This document shows, piece by piece, positions 53,521 to 64,000 of a DNA stretch of 64,000 nt. The notes beneath the pieces were generated by a model. The model was not told the DNA's origin, made no database searches, and saw only the letters and a program-made list of their open reading frames with translations. The stretch covers positions 48,670,001 through 48,734,000 of the forward strand of contig NC_043005.1 of assembly GCF_006345805.1 (NCBI RefSeq), written 5' to 3'. Position 1 is the stretch's first letter; each line of letters opens with the position of its first letter. This stretch comes from Octopus sinensis (Eukaryota). The position numbers and the translations under genes were made by a program.

Positions 53521-54759
53521 CTGCGTGGAAAAAGTTTTAGTCCCAGCGAAAGTCAGAACATAATGCTTCCATCTTGACAGCTTAATCTATTCAACCAGGT
53601 AACTGTTTCAAACAAATTATGTAACGAACACTGCAAGCAGATTTAACCTCTTTCACGCTGAATTTTGCTTGTATTATCTCTTCCGTTTGATTTGTAAAAT
53701 GGAAGTTGATAACGCTGTAAAAATATTTAGTTCATTCAATGATCCGAAGTTTCCAACTTTCAAGACAATTTAAAATCATTATGCCAGTTGTCTTTCCAAA
53801 CTGGAAGTGCTTTTTCTGTCTCCAGATCAGAGTTCCTGCATTAAATACGCTGAAATTCTCCATTTTTGTGCTCTACCCCCTTTTATAAGTCTTTTGAAAT
53901 GCAGCGCTTTCTCCTTGAATGCTATCGCCAATAAAGACAGACGATTAACTCCGTTTATGAATAATTTACACGTTATACTTTACATTTTCCTACGGCTATT
54001 TAATCCACTTTCTGTTCAGAAATATTAAGCTATTTGTTTGAAACATGCTAAAAGGATATTCAAAAAGTGAAAATTGGACAAAGAGAGATGATGTTTTATA
54101 AACTTGAAGCTTTTCTCGTCCATGACCTTAAATGCTATTATAGCAAATGTAACACATCATCAGTGACTAGTGTATGCTTTCTGACGGCATATCATCCCCA
54201 TTATATATATATATGTATATTCGTATGCATGTATGTATGCATGCACGCATATATGTATATTAAAAGCGATATATTACACATATTAAAGAAACGAATTTGT
54301 CGAGTGGATAAAATAAAATAATGGACTAGCTGCTCGTCAGTCATCACTTTAAAACCACTGCTAATGTTTCGCTATGTTTCTTGAGCAGAACACTTTAATT
54401 TACAGTGTTGCCACAGTTCACACCTTAACTGTCAGCATTAGGGTTCCCTCAGATTACAGTCAATCAGTCGTCCGGACTCTGGTTCTGATAACGGGTTGTG
54501 CGTTTGATAGATGGATGGACGGACGGACGGACGGATGGATAGATGGATGGATGGATGGATGGATGGATGGCTGGATGGGTGGATGGGTGGTTTGAATGAG
54601 CGTGCGTATGTGTATAACTGCGTGTGCTTGTGAGCGTGTGCATGTGTGTTGTATGCGAGCGTAGGTGTGTTTCACATAAAACGCAACGGGCAGAGAATAA
54701 CCACCACCAGGAAAAGAAACTATCTTCCTTTGCCATGAGCGATTACGGATACGCATATA

Positions 54760-54900
54760 TATATATATATTTATATATCTATATATATATAATATATAAT
54801 ATATATATAATATATAATATATATATACATATATATACATATATATATATACATATATGCATATATATATATATGTATATATGTATGTATATATATTATA

Positions 54901-54979
<79 letters not shown>

Positions 54980-54982
54980 TAT
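54760..54982. repeat. Long imperfect (TA)n
   Basis: Read directly. Confidence 0.95.
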
Positions 54983-55303
54983 GTGGGGAGGGTGTACATA
55001 TATGTATGTATATTATGCGCTGAATTTTCTTAAAACGTTTATACTAAGTACCACATTACCGAATATTCAAATTGTTTGGGTAATAGACAATATGATTCAG
55101 AGTAACAATTTAAGAAGCTTCGACTTCAAATAAAATTTATAGATTCCATTTCATGATTTGAGGCGGGTTTTTTTTTTCCCGTAGTTTCTAAGCATAAAAT
55201 GTTCGACAATTCACACATATACACATACATTTATATATATATACTCACACACACACACATATATATATATAGAGAGAGAGGGGGGGTGAAGAGATGTGCA
55301 CGG

Positions 55304-55335
<32 letters not shown>

Positions 55336-55416
55336 AAAACATACAAACATGCATGTGTCTGAGTGTGTGGGTGGTTTGTGGTTGGTTATGTGCATCTATA
55401 CATATATATATATACA

Positions 55417-55461
<45 letters not shown>

Positions 55462-55722
55462 CGTGCGCATGTGTATGTATGTATTGGTAAATATATATTA
55501 CCAAACTTGTTAATGAATTATATGCTCTATAAATTAATAGTTTTATTTTTGTTGCTGTTTTGTTTGTGCTTTTTGATCTTTTTGTTGTTCTTTTCTTCTT
55601 TGTTATTGTTGTTGTTGTTGTTGCTTAAATTTTACTACCCTAACTCTATTTCAGTTCTTGCTGGGGAAATTATGTTTTACACATACACACTCCCTCTCTT
55701 TCTTTCTCTCTCTCTCTCTCGC

Positions 55723-55769
<47 letters not shown>

Positions 55770-55772
55770 ATA

Positions 55773-55822
<50 letters not shown>

Positions 55823-55878
55823 GTGTATCTATATATGATATGATATTATATTACAGACAGACGGAGAGATACATAGAC

Positions 55879-55998
<120 letters not shown>

Positions 55999-56027
55999 GT
56001 GTCTGTATGCATATATGTGTATATCTT

Positions 56028-56704
56028 CAGGGTTACTGAAAAAGAATGAACCGATTTCATTACGCAATATTTTAATAAGGAAAAGCAATTGAAAACTCCA
56101 GCTAAGGTGAACGTTTTCTGTGCTGTGTCTCAGGACAACGTTTATGGTCCTTTTTCTTTGAAGGAAAAACCGTTACATGGCAAACCTATCTCGATAGGCT
56201 CCGAAACTGGCTCTTCCTTCACTTCACTGCAAGCAGATTCGCAAGACTTCATTTTTCAGCAAGATGGAGCACCGCCCCATTGGCACCTGATGGTTCGAGC
56301 TCTTTTAAACGAAAAAGTGCCCCTGCGATGGATTGGTCGGAAAGGAGTCCAAGACCATCCTATTTTTGCTTGGCCTGCGAGATCCCCAGACCTCACCGTG
56401 TGTGATTTTTTTCTTGTGGGGGATATGTAAAAGATTACGTTTAAGTTCCACCTTGATGACCTTAAACATTGAATAACAACTGTGATCGACTCGGTGGATC
56501 GCGTTATGCTGATGCGCGTCTGGGAGGAATTCTCTTATCGCATTGATGTTGCCCGTGCTGTAGATGGTAGCCACATTGAACACTTGTAAGACAGGAAGTA
56601 AAAGTTGATTGTGAGTAAATACTTGTGACTTAACTGGAGTTTTCTATTGCTTTTCCTTATCAAAATATTGTGTAATGAAATCGATTCTTTTTTGAATAAC
56701 CTTG
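56028..56704 (+). mobile_element. Internally deleted Tc1/mariner element (rosa/DD41D-like, DD46D spacing) with ~60-bp TIRs
   Basis: TIRs cagggttact...aataaggaaaagcaat and attgcttttccttat...aataaccttg; FQQDGAPPH...WIGR...WPARSPDLTVCDFF, frameshift to LWGYVKD, ends DGSHIEHL*. Confidence 0.95.
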
Positions 56705-57109
56705 TGTATAATATAATATATATATATATATCTATATATATATAATATATACCTTGAACATTTTGTAAGCAAACTTTCAAGCTTGGTAAACGTGTGTTAC
56801 TATTTTACAGACAGGGAGTAAATTTCGAACGCAATATATGTATGTATATATTATATGTGTGTGTGTGTATGTGTGTGTGTGTGTGTATATATAATATATA
56901 TATAATATACACACCACACACATATATATACATATATGTATATATCACATATATACATACATATATGTATATATATATGCATACATATATATACATGTAT
57001 ACATACACACACATATATACATGCATACATACATGCATATATATACATGTATACATATATATATATATATATACATACATATATATACATATATACACAC
57101 ATACATATA

Positions 57110-57149
<40 letters not shown>

Positions 57150-57699
57150 TGAGTTTATTATTCAAATGCAAGTTAAAAGAGGATTGAACAAATACATATG
57201 AAATTTATTCTATGTGTACAATATTCATATATAAATGTCTACACGAATACACACACACGCACGCATATACATACACTCACGCACACACACACACACACTC
57301 ACACAGGTTCTCCTACCCACACACACTTACACACAAACGTGGTTGCTGCTAATCTAAGTTTGATTCTGTGTTATTGATCTCCACCAATAACTTCTCTTCG
57401 TGTGACAACAAACCTTTAGAACAACGACAACGATCCATCAAGGTAAAAACAATTGGTCGTTCTTAGAGCGGACAAGGAAATTTCCGGATATTTGGAGCAT
57501 CCATCCTGGCCGAATGCCGGATTTTAAGTGCCACAAAACACTTTTATTTGATTTATTTCATTGGGTGTCATTTGATAACACCAACGACGTATCGTTATCA
57601 TCAGCCCGAAAAACTGTTTTTGATGATCTACGTTTGCTTCTTTTGCAAATATTTTTGTGGGGTGGGGGAAAAATAACTGACAATTATAACAAGAATTAG

Positions 57700-57741
57700 A
57701 ACAACAGCAACAACGACAATAACAACAACAACAACAACAAC

Positions 57742-57785
<44 letters not shown>

Positions 57786-57840
57786 TGATATGGATGATGA
57801 TTTTGATATTGATGATGATGATGATAATAATAATAATAAC

Positions 57841-57889
<49 letters not shown>

Positions 57890-57892
57890 GTA

Positions 57893-57938
<46 letters not shown>

Positions 57939-58030
57939 TGATGATGATGATGATCATGATTTTTTTTAAAGCCACTAAGGTGAAGGATGAACGGAGATAC
58001 GGAGAATTTACAAAAACAGTAGTAGTAGTG

Positions 58031-58067
<37 letters not shown>

Positions 58068-58085
58068 CAGCAGCAGCAGCAGCAG

Positions 58086-58142
<57 letters not shown>

Positions 58143-58145
58143 ATG
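57700..58145. repeat. Compound (AAC)/(AAT)/(GAT)/(TAG)/(CAG) trinucleotide arrays
   Basis: Read directly. Confidence 0.95.
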
Positions 58146-58339
58146 ATTTCTTTTCATTAGCCACAGGGCCATAATAATTGTTTCAATTTAGGGTGTAGGG
58201 TAGTACTTGACTGGTACTTTATGTTATCGACCCACTGTAAAGAGGAAAAGCCAAAGTTGATCTCGGCAGGATTCGAGCAACAACGGCAACAACCACTATT
58301 AACAAAAATAACAATAATAATAATAATAATAACAACAAC

Positions 58340-58915
58340 AACAACTACAACAATAATATGCCCTGAAGCAGTACAAGGCAGTGGCTTGCATGGCTTCTGA
58401 TCTTAACTGATTGGAAGTGTTATCATGTACATTGTTTTGTCTTGGTCTAAAAGATGGGCTACAGCAAATATTCTTCTCAATACCACAGATTTGCTTTTCA
58501 GTTGCTCGACCATAACCAGTTGAGCATCTCCCTTAGTGGTTGACGATATGTACAACTCCGACCACGAGCAGAAGTAGTGGAGGAGCATCATAGCCGTGTT
58601 TTGAAAGGAATTCTTAAAGGTTTGGATAATTCACCTTTGGAAACATGGATGGTTCGTTCAACATGCTTAAACAATCCTTATTCGGGGACCTTTTGAGCGG
58701 GATGGGCTACTCGACCAGAAAAAAATTCTAACTGGGCCCCACTTGTAAGGTCATGTACTGTTTATCATGAAATGAGATCACTATGTCGCGCACATATAGT
58801 TGTGATGCATGTGCCTGGTGTACCCTTATCAGACGAGTAGTCGTGATGGGTATATTGGGCTTCGTATATCTCTACCCCGGTGTCAGTTTGATGGCATGCA
58901 CTGCTCTCTCACTCA
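58340..58915 (+). mobile_element. 575-bp non-coding interspersed repeat embedded in (AAT)n/(AAC)n
   Basis: Second copy at 33135-33460 (minus); no ORF, no tRNA head; ends ctctctcactc-(AAT)n. Confidence 0.8.
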
Positions 58916-59042
58916 ATAATAATACTAATAATAATAATAATAATGATAATAATAATAATAATTTAATTTAACTTAAAAAAATTTTTTTTTTTTAAATGAA
59001 CGAACTATTGAGTTTGGTTTAATGGTCTACCAATGTATACTA

Positions 59043-59114
59043 TGAGTTTCTTTGCCCTAGGAGTCGGGAAGACACTCGGCAAGAAATGGAAGCAAATTTG
59101 AAAGAAGAAAAAAA

Positions 59115-59115
<1 letters not shown>
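59043..59115 (+). mobile_element. Probable R4/Dong 3' UTR fragment followed by (AAT)n
   Basis: Matches 32505-32592. Confidence 0.65.
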
Positions 59116-59160
<45 letters not shown>

Positions 59161-59759
59161 TAATAATATTGATAAACAAAGGGAGAAATATATGAAAATA
59201 TATAAAAACAGTACTAATAATGATGAAGATGATGATTCAGAGAGGCGGAGGAGGAGAGGGAATGAAAGAAAGTCGGAAGCTGAAAGAACACTAGTATGTA
59301 ATGAAAGATAAAGAATCAATAACTCATAATTTGTAAAGAATTTAGTTTTTATCTCAGGGATACATGAACTGAGTGAGGGAATTTGTCGTATGATTTTGCT
59401 TCCTTGCTTTGCTTTTTATTTCTATTATTTTCTGTTGTTATTTTTCTTTATTTTCTGCCCCCCCCCCATATATCTTCTTTTATTGTTTGGTATCATCATT
59501 ATCATCATCTTCACATTGTTGTTTTTGTTGTTGCTGTTATTGTCGTTGTTGTTGTTGTTGTTCTTGTTGTTGTTGTGATAGATTTCGTTTCATATTTGCG
59601 TAGTAAGTAGATACGAAAAAGAAACGCTGTAGTTTTATCATCGTTATTATTATATTTCTTGAAGAAAAGTTTTACGTACAAAGGTAGAAGAAAAGACCAG
59701 AAATGCAAAAGAAGGTTTCATCAAAAAGCGAAATGGTCAGGAAGGAAGTAAAAGAGATA

Positions 59760-59760
59760 G

Positions 59761-59852
<92 letters not shown>
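59760..59852. repeat. (GAAA)n microsatellite
   Basis: Read directly. Confidence 0.97.
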
Positions 59853-59854
<2 letters not shown>

Positions 59855-60244
59855 GAGGAAAAAAAGAAACAAACAAACAAAAAAGGAATGGAAGCGTGGT
59901 GGAGGGGGGGGGGGGACGGGAGAGGGGGCGGTTCAGGCAGGAAGAAAGAAAGTAAGACTTAGGTATAGTTTTGTTGTGAGATGAGTTTTTAATGAACAGG
60001 CTTTGAAGGTGATACTTATAAACGGTTAGTTTAGAAGTTCGCTTATCTAGATATCGCAGAAATACGCTTCGAAAATATGTTTGTGATTTTTCTATATGTG
60101 TGTGTATGTGCTCGTGTGTAAGATGCATAGATAGATAGACAGAGAGAGAGTGTGAGAGAAAGAGAGTGAGAGAGAGCGTGTGTGCGAGTTTTTATGGCCA
60201 TGACTATGGTTGTGTGTATATGTGTATGTGCATATATAAATATA

Positions 60245-60328
<84 letters not shown>

Positions 60329-60579
60329 CAACAGACAGAGACAGTGAGAGATAGATGTATACATTCATACATACATACACAAACACACATGCATAGCATA
60401 CATACATGCGTGTATATATTTATAAATATAGATGTGCGTATATAAATATAAGTATATATGCATATATATGTATATATACATACACACGTGCGTGCATTTG
60501 CATTATAACAAACAGGAAAAACCTACTCGATACCAGATATAGAGTATAACCATTTTTTACCACAGTTGTTTTCCTCTAT

Positions 60580-61790
60580 TACTTTAAGTTTCATGAATAC
60601 TAGATCGCTATTAGTCTTTAAAGCGTATTTTCAGCAGAGTACACATAAAACACCTTTTCTAAGGTAAAAGACTATCTTTGGTCCTGGTAAATCAGTATTT
60701 AGCTTAAATTTTAGATGTGTTTTACTAATCAGATCTTTTAATAGTCTGTGTATTGGCTATATTTTTGGCTATATATTTAGCCTCGCTGCAATTCATAATT
60801 TACAGGTATAGGAATATGTTTGAAACCTTAGTGTTTCTGAGCATGCGGACGTTTTCAAGCATGAAGGCACGAAGAAAAATGTCCTTCTCTCATTTTTCTG
60901 ATGTGGCTAGTAACATTCAGAATGTTGAAATTTTCGGTTCTGCATAACTGACACTTAGCTGGGAGAATTGGTTCAGCCAGTTTGGTAAAGTTTGTATATA
61001 AGGTTTAGATTGGCTATGGACTAAGCTGTAGATTTCATTAAAATCAAAATTTCGTACCAGTACCTATACAGTCTTTTTCTTGATGCCTTTCCATAATACA
61101 GCATTCCCACCACTTTAGTGAAAGTTATAGCGACGATCATATAGGTTTTACTATTGATGTTGGTACGACATTCTTCATTTGTGTCTAATCACATTACATT
61201 CTGATTAAAATCTTTCCTTTCATTCCAGATTTTACACCAAATTGATTTAAGATTTTTTCAGAGAAACAGCTCTTTTTACAAAGATTTTGTTTCTCTTCAT
61301 TTCCAGCACCACACCTTATGGAGTCGAGACAAAGTTGTGGTTAATACTGGCTTGCTCTAAAAAACTTTTTCGATAACGGAGTTTTTCTGGGTCTTGAGTT
61401 CATTGTTTCGAGTTATTAATTTTTCTTCAAGATTCTGAGTAGAACTTCTGTATACTTTTGCTAATTTTCCCATGAAATAGTGTTCCTGTACTGTGTGAAC
61501 TTATTGTTCGCTTTACATTATTATAGTACTTAACTCAGATTCTGCGCCGGAGATCGTTTATGTTTTCATCTAGTGTCGTTACCCACCTGGGTTGTTTATG
61601 TGGAGTTTCTTCATCACTATGTCTCCCGGGTGTTCCTTCCGAATGACAGCAACCGTATACAGGACGGTATTGCTATTCCAATACAAGTTATCATACCTTT
61701 TTCATCACACCTAGCGATATCGCCAATAACTTTTAACTTGACAGTTATTAGGGGTTTTTTTCTCAACTCACCTCAGTAAAGGCCTGTTAT
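60580..61790 (-). pseudogene. R4/Dong-type non-LTR retrotransposon ORF remnant (pre-RT region and RT N-terminus)
   Basis: YWNSNTVLYTVAV; KQPRWVTTLDENINDLRRRI; DCIG/YWYE (61051-61073); AKN.RPI-like motif (60751-60769); many stops and frameshifts. Confidence 0.8.
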
Positions 61791-61959
61791 TTACCGATAG
61801 CTTAGAGAGGTTGGAAAAATTGCTTTCAAACTTTGTTTTGTTAAAATTATTTTAAGCAGTATATATTTTACTGTCATCTTTGTTTTTCTATCTCTATATA
61901 TGAATGTGGATATGTTTGCGTGCGTATGCACGCGTGTATGTCTGTGTTCCTATATATAT

Positions 61960-62150
61960 AGCCATGATAGATCGTTAGCCACTACACACATTTTTTTCTC
62001 TCCTTGATTTTTCTGTGTCCCTTTCTGTAGAAGAGCGTAAGCTCGAAACGTAAAAGACTTTTCTCTATTCCTGAGCGTTATACTAATCCATATGTTTGTT
62101 TTGTACACCACCTGTCTTCGTCTTTTGTTTTTTTCGTAAACTCTCCCTAT
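61960..62150 (+). mobile_element. Penelope-like terminal repeat with hammerhead-like motif, flanked by (TA)n
   Basis: Same family as 11800-11990. Confidence 0.6.
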
Positions 62151-62164
62151 ATATATATATATAT

Positions 62165-62232
<68 letters not shown>

Positions 62233-62719
62233 TTATGCGTGTACGTGTGTATCTATATTTGTATAAGTATGTATATATGTGTGTGTATCTATATATATGT
62301 GTGTGTGTGTATCTATATATGCATGTGTATGCATTGTGTGTGTGCATGTATATTGTAAATGTAAATATGTATATGCCTATGTGTGTGTTCAGTTCACAGT
62401 TACTACACATCCTTATAGTCACTTTCGTTCATCACTTGTAATACCCATATTTTATTTATTTATTTTATTTAAGCACCCGTCAGTAAAATGGCAGAGGCAG
62501 TAAAATTCGTTGAAACTTTGCGTTAATTTCCCCTTCTTCAGATTTGATATTGATCAATTAGACTGTTAATACAATGGGATGGGAGAGTTACTCTGAAATA
62601 TATATTTGATTTACTTCATAAAAGTGAAAAGAAACAGAAAGAGAAGGCAAAAAGAAATTTAAAAATGGGTTGGAGAAATAAAGAAACAAACAAACAAAGA
62701 AAAAAAGTATCTTTTCCCT

Positions 62720-62945
62720 TTTTTTTTCTGCGACCATGCCGGGGTATCATCTAAAAGGGTTTGTTTTCAGTTGAATAAATCAACCCCAGTTCACTTTTCT
62801 TTTTTTTTTTTTCGTTTCATATTTATCCTATCGATCTCTTCACCGAACCGCTAAGTAACCAATCCCGGCTGTCAAGTAGTGATGGGGGACAAACAAACAC
62901 AAATACCATGATACATACACATAGGTGTACGTGTGTGTGTGAATG

Positions 62946-63000
<55 letters not shown>

Positions 63001-63010
63001 ACGTGAGTGT

Positions 63011-63071
<61 letters not shown>

Positions 63072-63372
63072 CGAGCCAGTTGACAAACGAAATAAAAATG
63101 TAATCAACATATTTGATACGATTATTTAAAACATTTTGGTTCGGCTCCAAGTGACTTAAGGTTTCACAGGCTTCTAACAGAAACCTGGGCTCGTTCGGGT
63201 TCAGATTACCGAAGGGCTTCTTTCTGTTTCCCTCTACCAAATCCACTCACAAGGCTTTGGTCAGCCCGTGACAATAGTAGAAGATACTTGCCCTAGGTGT
63301 CACGCAGTGGGGTTGAACCCGGAACCATATGGTTGGGAAGCAAACTTCTTACCACACAGCAACGGCGGCGCC
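62720..63372 (-). mobile_element. SINE family B with expanded (TG)n and a ~139-bp nested insertion (63075-63213)
   Basis: The consensus tatacga|cgggcttctttc is split by foreign sequence. Confidence 0.85.
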
Positions 63373-63914
63373 TAATGTGTATCATAAAACTACTAGTATC
63401 CTAATGAGGTCTGTCTTAAGCTAAAAGAGAAATTAAATAATTTGTAATCCTTGTTTTCTGCGATAGAATTTTGACTTAGGGCGATATCTATCTATATTCT
63501 GCTGGAGAGGAAGGATTGAAAGTAAGTTCTGAAAAAACTACAACTTACCTTTCATAAATTCTTTTTTGTCTTGTCTGAAACGAATGCTTAAGATATCCTC
63601 ATCATCACCATCGTCATGATCATCTTCATCATTATCATCAACATCATCATCATCATCATCATCACCATCATCTTTTTTCTTCTTAGTCCTCATCCTCCTC
63701 TTTATTATCATCATCATCTTCATCATCCCACTTCTCCTTATACTCCTCTTTCTTCCCCCTCCTCATCATCATCTTCATTAGCATCAGGTACCACCTATTC
63801 TCAGCAGGTTGAAATATATCGGGCCGCCATCTCGAACTTTCTTGTGTATTTCCCTGATATACTTAACAGTTCACCAAGTTGCAAGTTCGTCACATTCTTG
63901 AAAATATTCAAACA

Positions 63915-64000
63915 CGTTTGCCACCGAGGTCATATTTGCCTCTCATCCTTTCGGGATCAATAAAATAAGTATCAATAGAGTACTGGGGTCGATAAAAGAT
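63915..64000 (+). mobile_element. SINE family A fragment
   Basis: gccaccgaggtc...atcctttcgggatcaataaaataagt...tactggggtcgat. Confidence 0.8.

Noticed and set aside
53290-53577. K/E/R-rich 95-aa ORF
   Set aside because: Translation of the (GAA)n purine tract.

Overview
AT-rich animal genomic DNA saturated with microsatellites and short interspersed repeats, with one 100-N assembly gap (45832-45931). The repeat families match what I recall of octopus (Octopus sp.) genomes; this is inference, not a database result. No complete protein-coding gene, rRNA, intact tRNA or CRISPR array is visible, and almost all ORFs in the supplied track are microsatellite translations. Supported content: (i) dozens of copies of three tRNA-derived SINE families plus a ~200-bp repeat; (ii) decayed R4/Dong-type (RLE-endonuclease) non-LTR retrotransposon pieces, most of them next to (TAA)n tracts; (iii) an internally deleted Tc1/mariner element with ~60-bp TIRs and DD46D spacing, and a mariner MITE; (iv) Penelope-type terminal repeats carrying minimal hammerhead-ribozyme-like motifs with variant cores; (v) a few orphan exon candidates. 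The most interesting unexplained signal is a hairpin with canonical pre-miRNA geometry at 42084-42180 (+). It lies between plus-strand exon-like segments (37529-37657, 38687-38784, 44521-) and may be an intronic miRNA in a spliced host transcript. Coordinates of decayed repeats are approximate (about +/-10-20 nt).
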